Source: Podarcis tiliguerta | Lineage: Eukaryota | Reading direction: 5' to 3' (one strand) | Length of the DNA: 64,000 nucleotides | Assembly (NCBI GenBank): GCA_965153285.1 | Contig: OZ229123.1 | Shown here: in pieces, positions 44,201 through 58,300 of the stretch | Layout of the letters: every line of letters begins with the position of its first letter | Position numbering within the stretch: the stretch's first letter is position 1 | Program-made: the position numbers and the translations under genes | The notes under the pieces: model-generated | The model's database searches: none | The model's input: the letters and a program-made list of their open reading frames with translations, nothing else | What the model was told of the DNA's origin: nothing

Positions 44201-47200
44201 TGGTTGATGGGAATTGTAGTCCGTACAAGGCACCAGGTTGGCAAAGGCTGCTGTATACACACATACACCAAGGATGCATGGCTACCTCCTTCCCACTGAG
44301 TTATCTTTGGATGGCCAAAGCAGGCACCTCTCTGGAACATGCAGACTAGGTAATTTCCCCCTCCTGCAGGGAAGTTCCTTCACAGTACCGCTCTTTTAGT
44401 TCAGTTCACTTATCTTGTGTACATTATTTTCCAGTTATTTCCTCCTTTCATTTTGCTTCACCCTTTGGGCACCGTCCTTTTGCTATGTGCCGAGCTTTAT
44501 GGCCCAGCCAATTGTCTTCTTTCTCAAGTGTGAGAATTGCAGCAGTCACAACCTGTCTCCTGGGTTTTGGAGAGTCTCACCAACACGTGCAAGCACTATT
44601 ATGCCTTCACCAAGCAGTTAAACTACATTATTTTCTCCCACAGGTCTTAGGTGGCCTAAAACGGGAATTAGACAAATTTGTGGAGAATACTAAGGATATA
44701 AGTGGCTACTAGTCATGATGGGATGGCTGCATACTGCCTCTGGTGTCAGAGTTTGTTATACCTTTGAATGCCAGTTGCCAGAGAGCACAACTGGGGAAAG
44801 TTGCTGCTTTTGCACTCAGGTTCTACTTTTGGGCTTCCCATTGTGGCATGATTAAGAACAGGATGCCGACTTAGATGGACCCCCTTTGGGCTGATGTAGC
44901 AGGGCAAATTATTATATTTGCTGGATTTTGAAATCGGATGTCAGGAAAGAAGTCTAGCAACAAGACACCATTTGCTACTTCCTTTCCCGGTCCAGGTACC
45001 ATAACCAAATCCAACCAGGTGCAGTTTCTCCATGCATATGCCTATGACGGTGTGATGTTTGAGAAAGGGGTTGAGTGCTCCACTTGCAAAGTGAGGAAAC
45101 CTGCCCGATCCAAGCACTGTGGTGAGTTTATATTATAATTATTCCCACATGACTGTATATGTGTGCCAAGATCTGCCTTGGAGGCCATCCATTTAAGGGG
45201 TCCCACCATCATGGGCCGTGAGAAAGGTAGCGGCTGGAGACACATGACGTAGGATTGTTAAACACCACTCCTGTCACTCCACTTCCACTTATTTTGCCGG
45301 TCTTGCCAGAGCAGATGGCTATCTCTTGCCTGCTTTGTCATCATACAATAATCTGACCTTCACCTATGTTGATGAGTCTTGACAGAACTTTTGGTCACCG
45401 TTTTTGTTTATTGTTGTTATACTGTTCAGTTTGTGTTGTAAAAAGCACTCTTGAGAGCATTTGTGTTGAAAAGCAGAATGTTAATGTCTTTTTAGTAATT
45501 TATTTGTTAAATTTGTATCTTAGGACCTCCTAGGATTAAAAGGGTTTGCTCATCCTGGCATCTGTTTCTGCTCTGGCCCTAAACTCCTTGTATCCACTGT
45601 GTCCTTTTTCTAGGTTGACCCATCCCATTTTGCCAAGAAGGTAGCACGCATTTCTGCTGCTCGCCCCCCCACTTACCATGTCCACTGAAGCCCTGCTTAC
45701 AGAGGTCACACAGTTGAGGGCTCTGGTTCCAGTGAGAACCTCACGAAATCATGCAGGGGCCTCACATGACCTTCCCCAGACCCCAGCTGCCTTGCTTAAC
45801 AGAGGCCTCTGCGTAATCTCACAGGGATCTGGTGAGATTCCCCCTACAACCCAGAAGCTGCCATAGCCACACCTGAGGCAGTTGCCTACGCCTGCCTGAT
45901 GGCCCTGCCTTTTTAAAATGTCAAACACCCCCTCCCCCATCTGCCTTTAGCTCTGCTCTCACCCTGTGCATTGCTGGAGGCCTCTTCAGAAGAGATTTTG
46001 CACCAGGAGACCTACCACGTGTGGTCAAATTGGGTCAAAAATATTTTATTTGGTTTGCTGCTTTCTTTCCCTCCACTCATTCGCCCACCTTCCCCTTTGA
46101 ACAATGGGGCTATTAGGAGCAACCCAGCATGCTAATAGCTCATGCCTGGTTTTTCATTTGTTTGTTTTAACTGGTATGTTTTAAACTCAGGAGGGTTTCT
46201 TGATAACCAGAACATCATGACCTTTCTTCTGGCTTTGATCAGGTGTGTGCAACAGCTGCGTGCATCGTTTTGATCACCACTGTGTTTGGGTCAACAATTG
46301 CATTGGTGCCTTCAACATCAGATACTTCCTGCTCTATCTCCTTACCTTGACCTCCATGGCTGTTTCCATCGCAGTCTTAACAGCCACTTTCCTCATCCAG
46401 GTGGTCTTTCTGTCAAATATGATGCAGGGGTATTACACAGATGACCAAGGCCAGGAGCGCCCGATTGATGCCTTCTTCCTTATTCAGGTAAAAACTGACA
46501 AAGTGACGTGGGCTGTACCCAACTAAATCCTGCTCAGAGTAGCCCTGTTGAAATTAATGGACCAGTAGTTGCAGTGAGCCTGCTGTGAGCAGGGTTTAGT
46601 TGGATACAACCCTTAATTTCTGATGCCTTCATCTGTATGTAGCTGTGGACTCCATTGAAGGGAACAGCAAGCTTTTGCTGAAAGGGTCTCACTTCTTCTG
46701 ATCTGCAGAATAGATTTCAAAGCTTGAATTAAATTTAATCAAAAGAATCATTAATTTGGAGACTAAATATGCCTTTTCTGACGTTGACATTAACGTGCTT
46801 TTATTATCAAGGGGTGGGATCCAGCTAAACAGTTCCACTAGTCGCAAGCTCTTTGGATGCACAGTGGAAGTTCTTTTCCCCACCTACCCCCTAAAGCTTA
46901 AGGCTTGGGGTGACCCCCAGAACAAATATAGGGGATGCATAGGGTTGGGATTCCATTGTGCAGTCAAAAATGCTAGCAATAGTGAAACTGTTCAGATGGA
47001 TACCACCCAAGAAACTAATAGAATGCACCTTCTTGAGAATAGTTGTTTTACAAAGCTACTTAGATGTGCCTTTGTCTTTCTTTGATATAAGGGCTACTGG
47101 TACTAAAAGCAAAAGATAAGTGCGTATTGTATGGTGATCAAAGGAACTATGGTTAGTCTTATGGTTAGTCTGCTTGGCAGGGGGTTGGACTCGGTGGCCC

Positions 47201-47740
47201 TTGTGGTCCTTCCAACTCTGTGATTCTATGATTCTAGTCTGGGCTTTCTTAGTAATTTGAATTTTAGCTTTTCTTTTACTATCAAGCTAAATTTTCAAAT
47301 TATTCAAGATGCAAACTTACTGATCACATTGATCAAAGTGCAGTATTGACAAGCTGTCTGTCATTGAAGGAAGAAGTAGGCACATGAATCACCAGGACGG
47401 GGGGGGGGGGGGGTTTAGGCTATGCTTTGTGCATTTTGACTCCAGCTGGGTATTTTTATCTTTGCAGCATCTTTTCCTGACCTTCCCCAGGATCGTATTC
47501 ATGCTGGGCTTCGTTGTTGTCCTTTCAATTGTACTGGGCTCCTATTTTTGTTTTACTCTGTATCTGATCCTGACCAACCAGACAAGCAATGAGTGGTTCA
47601 AGTCAGCAAGATATAGATGTTCATCCTCAGAGAACGACACCAGGCAGAGGGGTTACAAAAATATTTATTCTAGAGGCATCCAGGGTAACATCACAGAAAT
47701 TCTTAAGCCAATTATGAGCCCTGAAAAAAAGCAAAGGTGA
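41281..47740 (+). CDS. ZDHHC4: Palmitoyltransferase ZDHHC4 (339 aa)
   Basis: Exons 41281-41403 ([10 protein letters not shown]...), 42414-42487, 43713-43891 ([26 protein letters not shown]), 44996-45121 ([15 protein letters not shown]), 46243-46487 ([21 protein letters not shown] motif) and 47468-47740 ([15 protein letters not shown]...NQTSNEW...KKQR*). All are GT-AG with consistent phases, 1020 nt in total. Confidence 0.96.
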
Positions 47741-48253
47741 GTTACCATTGACAGCAGTGGACTGTACAAATCTTAAATTGTTAATCTCAGCACGAAAGTC
47801 CCAGGCAAAATTAATCTAGCGCAAGGGTAGTCAATGTGGTGCCCATGGGCATCCAGTGTGCCGGACACTACCTACCTCTTAACAGGGCCTGTGAAAGGTC
47901 TTAGTTCTCATCACACTGCCCAGAGAGGGTGTTTGCTCTTTCTGTCCACTTCCTTTTTGCACTGTCTCAGCCTATCCTTCAGTGGCTGGCAGAACTGGAT
48001 ATAGTGGTCCTCCACCCATGCTCTTGGAAGTGGCAGCCATCTCCAAATGTGCCTACTGGCCCCAAAAGGTTAGTGACTCCTGACCTTAACTGTTGAGTCA
48101 GCCTTGCAAGCAAGCCCCAACTTACCAGTGCAACTGGAGTAAACATACCTGTTTACTGCTAGTGTCTGGCTGAAATGGAAGTTGAAGCTGCAGTTTGTAG
48201 TAGGGACAAGGAACTAACCTCTAGGATACTGCACTGAAGATGGTTGGACTATA

Positions 48254-48500
48254 CAGTGGTACCTCGCAAGACGAATGCCTCGCAAGATGAAAAACTCGCA
48301 AGACGAAAGAGTTTTTCGTTTTTTGAGTTGCTTCGCAAGGCGAATTTCCCTATGGGCTTGCTTTGCAAGATGAAAATGTCTTGCGCCTTTTTTTAAAAAC
48401 CATCAATGCATTCTTATGGGAAACCGTCAATGCACAGTGGTGCTTCGCAAGACGAAAAAACTCGCAGAACGAATTAATTTCGTCTTGCGAGGCACCACTG
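48254..48500. mobile_element. Tc1/mariner-type MITE, family B, nested in a CR1-type 3' fragment
   Basis: TIR CAGTGGT(A/G)CCTCGCAAGACGAA and TA TSD. It interrupts GGTTGGACTA|GATGACCC. Confidence 0.85.
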
Positions 48501-48804
48501 TAGATGACCCTCATGGTCCCTTTCAATTCTATGATTCTGCTTAGGAGCCCTAAGCCCCTGCTTGCTTCTTGGAACTTTAGGAAACTTTACCCTAGTTTCC
48601 AATCATGAGAACTAGAAACTTGTTAACTGGAATAATCAAAGGCTACTGACTGCTTTTGCACAACTAACTTTCATTCATTTCAAGAGTCTGGCATATACAG
48701 ATTCCTGCTGGATTACATTTAATCTGTAGGATAAGAGAAGTGACAGCTACTTTTTACCAAAACAAAAAACAAACAACCAGCTTTCATCTAATAATAGCTC
48801 TCTT

Positions 48805-48810
48805 TTTATT
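48805..48810 (-). terminator. Probable polyadenylation signal (AATAAA) of E4F1
   Basis: TTTATT on the plus strand, ~530 nt past the E4F1 stop. On the minus strand it is followed by a GU/U-rich tract (reverse complement of 48757-48781). Confidence 0.65.
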
Positions 48811-49342
48811 ACATCAGAACTTTGTAGAAAATTATGTATTTTAAAAACATTTACAAACTGTACAATAAGCAATTAAATGTTACATGGTTACAAAATGTAC
48901 ATTGTGGCCTTTATGTAGCAGTTGCAGGATATTAAGATAACCTGTTTTCCTGTATAGTAAAGCATTTTCAAACTTTTCTTTAAAGTTTGCGTCCATTATG
49001 AATAGCTTACATTCCATGCCTTATATGGACTTACATACGAAAGGCAAGTAGGTGCCCCAGAAAGGAGGCCTCTGGTTGCATGGCATAGTTTAATTTCTCT
49101 GCAAATCCCCCCACCATCCATTTTTTCTCCTCCTCCCACTAAGCTAAGATTAAAGTGCTTCGCTCCATCACTGCCTGATTTCAAGCAGCACCTGAGCACA
49201 AGTGCTATGAGGACACTAGTCATCAAGCCCTTTGGCACCACCAGAGTGCCCCAGCCCCATGTGACATTTCCCACAGTGCTGAAGACCACCCACGGGGCAG
49301 CCTCCAGAGATTGAATGTAGATATGGCTCTCTCTCCCCTGGT

Positions 49343-52300
49343 CTAGACTATAACAGTCTGAACCTCCACTTCCTCCTCCTGGGTGGCAATCACAAACTCC
49401 CCCGTGTGCTCCATTATTTCAATTTCTTCGGATGCCACCATTGTCACCGTTGCCTCTTCAGCCTCGCTGCTCCCCTCTGTGGCCAACACAGCTCCTTCAC
49501 CAATGGCTGAAGCCAGCGTCATGGCAACCTGCTCCGTGAGACTCTCGGGAGTTGCTATGGCAATTGTGTCTGTGTCTGTGCCGTCGGGTGTCAAGGCAGA
49601 ACTTTCTGCCACAGTGACATTCTGGACAATTATCTGATGGCCAGAATTTGCTTGGTTGACGATCTGCTGAACTACTTTCATGATGTGACTGTCCACCTGC
49701 ATGGAACGAAGGAAATACACCAATGATTCAAAGCCAGATTTGCACACACTGTACCAGAGTTGTTGCACGTGTAGTTTGAGTCCAACAGAGGATGACAAGT
49801 GTGGCATACATTTTCATGAACAGCAGCCTTCCCCAAGGTGGTGCCCTCCAAATGTTTCAGAATACAACTCATAGCCAGCACAGCCACTCTTTTAAAAATG
49901 TGTCCAGAGAGAAAGAAACAAAAACCATGGAGCCAAAAAGCCCTAAAGGAGGGGGTATGTCAACTACTTGACAATTAATAAATGTTAGTTCCTTTTCACC
50001 TATTCTATAAATTGCAAAGGAATATATAGGTAAAGGGACCCCTAACCATTAGGTCCAGTCGTGACAGACTCTGGGGTTGCGGCGCTCATCTTGCTTTATT
50101 GGCCGACAGAGCTGGCGTACAGCTTCCGGGTCATGTGGCCAGCATGACTAAGCCGCTTCTGGCGAGCCAGAGCAGCGCACGGAAACGCTGTTTACCTTCC
50201 CGCCGGAGCGGTACCTATTTATCTACTTGCACTTTGACATGCTTTCGAACTGATAGGTTGGCAGGAGCAGGGACCGAGCAACGGGAGCTCACCCCGTCGG
50301 GGATTCGAACCGCCGACCTTCTGATCGGCAAGTCCTAGGCTCTGTGGTTTAACCCACAGCGCCACCTGCGTCAAAGGAATATATAAGTGGACACAAATCT
50401 GACATGCTGTCCAGCTCCAAACTAGCAAGTTCTTCCCTCCTCCAGCAAACTAACAGATGGGGTGTGAAGAGTCCAAAGATAAAGGGTGGGGAAGAGAAGA
50501 GAAAATACAGAGGTCGGCAGTGGCTCTTGCTTTAAAATCAGAGTCGCTTTAAGACCAAACCACTTGTTTTTCTTTCTCAGTGCCAGGAACTGGGGAGGTT
50601 CTCCTCTCTGAAAGGGGTTGTGTAACTTTGGGAAGTGGACACAGAGCACCTGTGTTGCATACAGAAAAGCTCAGGTTCAATCCCTGGTGGATGGCAAAGA
50701 CCTTATTCTGCCCTAGATCCTGGAGGGCAGACCCGGTAGAAAGCAGCTTCCTAGATCCACTCTCCCACCCAAGAAGGTATTAAACAAACAGGCTGCCTAG
50801 TCTTTTGTGTGTGTGTGTTTTCTACAAAGACATCTCTTGGTAATTTTATCAATGAATTAATCACTTCAAGCTTTAAAGATTTTAGTAGCAAGGATTGTAA
50901 GGAGCCTCTTCGGGGAGAGCAACCCACCTCATGCCTTGTCCCTTCTATGATTTCAGCAGCTTCCGTGGTTTCCATCTCTTCGGTAGCTGTCTAAAAGAGA
51001 GAGAACACAGATTTCCCCTAAAGCAGGAACTTTACTTTGCAGTGTTTTCACATGCAGGTAATGTCCTCAGGAATGCTCTTTGCTCCAGGCACAATCCACC
51101 ACATACCTTCTGCTATGCCTCTCAGGCTCAGCCAGCACAGCCATAGGATGCTAGTGCTCATGAAAATGGTTCAAAAAGTAGAATGAACCGGGCTGGTGAA
51201 GCCTGGCCTAGTCTGTTCAGAAGCGCTTGACAGATTACAGTCTGGCTCTCACTGCCCCTGGACAAACCACAACTGAAAACCACCCACCAACCCTGCAGTG
51301 TAGGAAAACTTGGTTTTCTCAAAGAGATGCTCCCTCAGTGCTGCTCAGCTACCTCAATGATGTACTCTTGCGTATCTGCCACCACTGAAGAGAACTCCAC
51401 GAGGACTGTAGGAGGATCTTCAGAAATGACTGTTGCAGCCAAATTGTCAGCAGACTGACCTTCCTCCGACACTGCTTCTTCTTCAGCTTCTTTCAAGGCA
51501 AGCAGACAGCCACCTAGGTGACGGATAAGGTAACTCTTATCAAATTAAAATAATTTCTGGATACGTGTTCAATCCTGACATGCTCAAGTCTTTTATCAAA
51601 ATATCATGTCTAAAAACAATCCCCTTTCTGCCAAGGAATACCAAATTCTTGGCCCCACTGTTTGCAAATATAGCTTGTTTCCTTATTCTGGATTATTTGC
51701 TCAGGGAGCAACGAACTATTATATAATATTTTAAAATATTAAGCCATGTATACATGCTTTTAAACAAATACTCAGCCACTACAAGAAATCCAGTTCTCCC
51801 CACCACCGGATCAAAAGATTCTGACCTCTAGAAACTTCACCAGGAAGGTTCTGCATCCGCCTCCCAACCTTTTGGCCTCTAAATCTTATAGCACTCTACA
51901 GAGATGGCAGGTGATAGGGTTGCCAAAAAGCTTCTCTTATTCTAGAAGCTAGCACATGTTGTCCTTGGCTCCAGCTTGCATTTTACATGAAAAGGGCAGC
52001 TCCCTTACCTTTGGTCCTCAGGTGCCTGTTGAGGGTGCCATGCTCTGCAAAACCACGGCCACATTTGTAACATTTGAAGGGCTTCTCCCCTGTGTGGTGG
52101 CGGATGTGGCGCACCAGGGAACCCTTTTCCCGAAATCCCTGACTGCAGAACTGGCAGACGTATGGTTTGTCATCGAGGTGTGTCCGAAAATGCACCTGCT
52201 GGGCATTCTGCAGGACAGGAGAGCATGGAAGCCATGAGTGAACATAGACAAATGCAGCAAACTTCCCACACTGGACCTCGTGGGCAGACAGAAGCATTAT

Positions 52301-55300
52301 CCATCGCACACCACTCTTAAAAGTATTTTTAAAAAATCATCTGCTTCACTTTGAGCACTTCACAAAGCTTCTTGTCTGCCAAGAGCAGTTTTTTAAATAA
52401 AGGACAGGTGACTCCAAGGCGCTGGAGGCAGACTTGCTGCCAAAGAAAAATAAACCACCCAACTTTTGGCACAAAGCCCAGCAGAATCCTCCAGCAGTGC
52501 TCAGAAATTTTCATTTGAGCACTTTCAGGACACTCAGAGAACTCTAAAGAAGCACAACTCGTGTCCTTCGGGCAAAATGGGAAGCAATGCTCCTCACAAG
52601 TCTCCCAGCCACTTTGAGTGCTAATGCCAAGGTAAAATTGCTCTGCCCACTTTTCCCTACTGGCACATGGCCCTCCAAAAGTCACCTAAAAGGGAATGCG
52701 GCCCTGGGGTTTAACCAGGTTCCCATCAAAGAACAAGTCCCAAAAGATGTGAGGCTCCTACCTTCGTCTTGTATCTCTTGCCACATTTGGGGCAAGGATA
52801 TGGCCGCTCATCAGAGTGAACCCTCCTGTGTCCCTTCACATGCGCAATTGTTTTGTACAGCTTGCCGCAATCCCCACAACGGAACCGCCGCTCGTTCACG
52901 TGCACTTCCTGGTGTTTTTTCAGCAAGTAGCCCTTGGTGAATCCTTTGCCACACTCTTCACATGGGAAAGGTTTGTAGTCTGGGCAAGGGGTGGGAAGTT
53001 TCACAAAAAAGAGGATTGGAGCAGGTGGAATGTCCAGTATTTATGACATTTGAAAATGCAAGGCGGTAGGATATCAAAGAAGAAACTGCCTTCATAGCTG
53101 CAGAGGAACTGCCCATAAATTTTCTGTTCGTAGCAAAGACGACAGGTGCCTCAGGCATGAGGCTGATTTAGCCAGAGATCTCAGGGTTGACCTTTGCTCA
53201 AAGACTAACCTGCATATAGAAGCTAAACTTAAAGCCAGTATCTGCAATACTCAGCTAAATAATTGAGCAAGCCCCGAGACATCTACCATTTTTGCTATTG
53301 AGTAAATAATTTCTCAGTAATCCTGAGGCATTCAAACTATTTTTAGTTTTATGGTATCTTGCAGAAATGTGCACCAAACTAACAGAGAAAATAAATTATT
53401 TGCATGCCTTGGAAAGCCACCCAGCTAAAGCCTGATAAAACTTTGTGACTGTACAAGGAAGCAATTTGTCCATGGATACCTTGACGAGACACAACAAGAT
53501 GTCCCCTTACCAAAATGTCTGCTAATGTGCTGGTCAAGAGAGCTGTGTTCCCGGAAGACTTCACTGCAGTAGGGGCACACCTGGCCCTCATCAGTCGCAT
53601 CTGCATCTGGCTATGAAACAGAGGGGGGCAGCATAAGTACTTGACATTGCAAAAGCTTGAATCGGGATATCCTATTTGAAAGGCAGCATATGCCACTGTT
53701 AAAGCAGCACTGAAGGCAGCAAAGGGCGGCGCACGTCATGTGTTAACCCGTATACAGCTGCACACCACCAAGACCTGTTGTCATGAATCAGCCAAACCTG
53801 ACTTCAGGAGAGGTGAGTTAACCTAAATAAAGGAAAAACAGCTACCCTGACAAACTTACAGTTTCTGCTTGCTCGATCTTCACGTACTGCTCCCCACACT
53901 GCTTCTCAGGCATCTCCACCTCTTCATTCTTTGACTCCTCTGCAACAGTCACCTCATTGGCTTCATCTGATTTGGTCGCCTCCTCCATGGACACCTGTTC
54001 TATCACAATCCCAGAATTCCTCATGGCTTCCCTCAGCAAGTTCTCATTGTCATCTCCCTCAGGGGGCGGATCCTCAGGATTTGAAGGCTAAAGAAAACCA
54101 GGGACAAAGGCAGGGCAGTTAACTGCAAAGTAGAGACCAATTGTTTTAGCCCCAGAAGTTGCTAAAAGCTCTCTCTTAAGCCAGCATTCCTCAGCCCTTT
54201 GAACTCAGGAAACCACTGGCATCTCTTCTCCTGGGCCCCACAACCCATCAGAAAATGCAAATGACTCCCAGAAAATGCTGTATGCAAGGTTTAGATTGGG
54301 ATTTAACTCCCAGATGTTCCTTGCCTCTCCGCAATTTAGTTAGAATAGCCATTTTTGAGGAAGCAACATTAAACCCCTACCACTGGGCCTGCTCGCTACA
54401 GAATCTTTTTACCCTCTGCAATTTTACACTTACACACACTCAGTAGTGGCCCGTCTTACAATTTGAGACCCACTCTCTTAAACAGAAAAACCAAACTCTG
54501 TTAGCCAACTGATCTCAGATGCCTGTGCAGAGCGTACCAAAAGTTCTCAAATTTCTAAAGAGGGCGACATAATTAGAACTGCTTGCTTTCTTGCAGATGA
54601 GCTTTGAGTTTTGATGCCTTGTGTTGGGCTTGAAATTATCCAGGTAAACTTATCACCTCCAAGATTTCAAAGCAAGACTTCTTTAGAATTTTCTTTCCAC
54701 CTTGCCCCTTGAGACTGGTCAGGCATGTCGTCTCATAGCTAGAAATCAGTGTGCGTCTCTAGTCTAAGCCAAATGCCAACCTTCCCCTCATCATGAGTGG
54801 CACTAACCTCTTGGCCCAACAATTTCTCCTCTGTGATTGGGAGCTCCTGCACCTGGACATGGACTTCATGGAGGACATTCCCTTTTGCATCCGTCACTAA
54901 ATGAATCACAGGAGGGGACTCCACAGACTGAGCTGCTAGTGAGGGAACAGCCTCTACAGTGGAGTCATTTGACCCTTCAAGAAAAGCAGCAAACAAGAGT
55001 CTCAGCAAGCCTAGCTCCCAAATACAACTTCCCACCTTGAGGTCTTCTCTTCCCCCAGTATCCAAAGCAATTTCCTCTGTTTGCAATATTTCTGCATTTA
55101 CATGATGCTTTCAAATTGTCGAAGTACTTCAAACACCATCTTGTTTACAAGCAACTATTTAAAGTAGGCATGTTGCGGGATGCCTAAGACCTCCTAGAGG
55201 CAAGACTTGGATTTCTGTATTAAGAGCCTTGTTGCTTAGCCACCATGCTACTCTACAAGAAAACGCCTCTCAGAAAACAGAGGCAAAGTTACAGAGGACA

Positions 55301-58300
55301 CCCCTCACGTAAGGTCAGAAATGTCCCACCTTACTCAACTGCCTTCTAGATCTGCCATAAACATGAGCTGCATCTTGCTTTGGATCAACAGAGAATACTT
55401 TCAATGAAAGACAACAAAACTGTACAAACAGCAGGGCAAGCTGCTGGTCTTTTCACTGACCTGCTGCTAAATCCTCTTTGCTCACAACTATTTCCTTGTT
55501 CATATTGAAGCGGGTTTTCTCAGTACAAGGAGTCAAGGATTTCAGGTGCCGGGTCAAGGCTCCTGACTCTCGGAAGCTTTTCCCACATTTCTTGCACTTG
55601 TAAGGACGCTCATCTTAACAGGTTGAGAAGTAAAAGACAAGAGTTATGACATGGAAGAAAATGGCCCATGGACTCCAGCTAAAAATTTTTCCCTCTTCTG
55701 CTTCTCTCAGAAAAGGAGGCAGATGGGGATGATATGACTGGATCTCAATGGGATGTTCCTTTCATAGCATCCACTGCAGCATCCTTTTGGCAGTGCTAGC
55801 AAACTGGAGCCTTAGTCATGGCTCTCATGCCTTCCATTGTCACCAGCAGAGGGGGTTTGTCCATTCTGAGTCAATGATTATACACCAACAAGCAATGAGG
55901 GGTTTTCTACACACATAGCACCATCATGGATTTTATAACAAACCAATCTGTCCTCTCACCTGTATGACGACGGTGGTGTCTGATCAGCGAGCCCTTGGTC
56001 CTGAAAGATGTCCCACATATCTTACACTCATAATCCTTCCTGCTGCTGTGAGTTATCATGTGAGCTTTGAGGATGCTGGCCTGGAGCAAGGAGAAAGGAA
56101 CTATTGGTGATGCTGCCAGGCACACAGATCACCTGTTTTAACCAATGGAGAATTTCAAGCTGTAGCTACACAAGCACACACATATATTCACACACAAAAA
56201 CAAACACACAGTTGTACCTCGGAAGTCAAACGGAATCCATTCTGGAAGTCCATTCGACTTCCAAAACATTCAGGAACCAAGGCACAGCTTCCGATGGGCT
56301 GCAGGAAGCTCCTGCGGCCCATCGGAAGCCGCAACGGACGTTCAGGTTCCAAAGAACGTTCACAAACCGGTTTGCACCATTTAGGAGCCAAAACATTCAA
56401 CTCGCAAGGCGTTTGACTTCCGAGGTACGACTGTATAGGCAAAAATGATGGCGTATACATAAAAGTTAAAATCTGGTTTCGATTTTGAAGGTTTGGCAAC
56501 ATTTTACTTGTACAGTGGTACCTCTGGTTACGTACTTAATTCGTTCCGGAGGTCTGTTCTTAACCTGAAACTGTTCTTAACCTGAAGCACCACTTTAGCT
56601 AATGGGGCCTCCCGCTGCTGCCACGTCACCACCGCACGATTTCTGTTCTCATCCTGAAGCAAAGTTCTTAACCTGCGGTATTATTTCTGGGTTAGCGGAG
56701 TCTGTAACCTGAAGTGTATGTAACCTGAAGCGTATGTAACCCGAGGTACTACTGTATTCAGATTTGAGTTTTTTACTTGTCTATTGCAAGCCACCCAAAT
56801 GCTATGAATAAATAAATCTATAAATCAATCAATCAATCAATCTTATTTATTTTTATACGATCTGGTACAAACTTCAAACATACCGTTTTGAATGTCTTGT
56901 GGCAAAGTTCACAGACGTATCGGCCTTCTTTATTAACCAGCAGCTTAACTTTGATGAGCTCCATGGAGGCCCCTTCTTCTGGGCCTTCAGGACTATCCTG
57001 CCCCTCTCCAGTGTCACCATCAATGTGGCCATTTGGGCTTTCAAATACATGGTCTCCAGCTACAATGACTTCTTTGATGTGCCCACTACCTGCAACCAGA
57101 ACACCACACAGTAAACCAGATACTATCAAACCATACAAACTATCAAAGTCTGCATAAAGGTCTTATGACAATGACCATTTTGATCCTTGTCATAATACTG
57201 TCTTGTATATTTTTTTCACTTTTTCACTGCAAGTGCATTTGATAGTTTTACTAAGTTATTCCTCACAACCCCAAATTCTCTTTCCTGGACAGCCAGTTCA
57301 TTGCACCCAGAACTTGCGGTTAGTTAGTTATTCTCACAAGTTAGTTATTCTCCTAACTTATGTGCCTCACTCAGCTTACGTGTACTCAGCTTACATTGAA
57401 CCTCATTTGCCGTTCTGCCGACTGTTCATCTGGTTTGGAGAGCCTATCACATTTCTCATTGTTTGCTTGGATTTTCACCATCCTGCATAATTTGGTTTCA
57501 TCTGGAAACTTTGCTACTTCATCAAACCCCAGGTTAATTATTAGAGTTAAACAGCTTGGGTCCCTGAGCAACAACACTGCATTTTCCTGTGTTGTGAGAA
57601 CTGTTTACTCCTACAATTTTTTTGCTGTTCTTTCACCAGCTACCAATCCCCATGACAAGCTGTGAATGAAAAGTTTACTTAGGAACTTTTATTAGGGGGG
57701 GTTGTCAAAGGATTATGGAATTCAAGCTTATACTGTTTGATTTACCTTTATGTACTTTCTGCAAGTTTATTGAAACACTCAAAATACCTCAGAAAGTTTG
57801 GTGAACATACCTAGTATTGCAGATGTGTTGCTGATTTCTTCTGTTATTGGAGAAGCTTCAACAACTATATGAGCTACAGTTATAGGCTCTTCAACAGATG
57901 AAATGACCTGTGCAGCAAACTGAGTTTTAGTAAAAGAATGCATATTGCAATAGTTATAGCCAAACAGTGAGATACAAAATTAAAAATATTTCTCTGCTCA
58001 CACTTTATTCACTCTTCCCCAAAGTGATGGAGGTTTGTTGTCTGCACCAATCAAGTGCTGCTTGCAAAGGAACACCTGGGAACTCCTTTTGAGGTTCAGT
58101 GGTTCCTTTGGAATCATGTTTTTAGATGCCTTAAAACCTGACATCAGATGTGGAGGTGTGCTTTGGGGGAAATGGCCTCACAAGTCAAACGAGGACCCAT
58201 GCCAGGCCCAATTAGGTCCACTGGCCAGAGGCTTCCCACTACTGATTTCAACAGTAGTCAGTTGACTTACCCTGCCACTCTTGCAGTAGGACTTAAAAAA

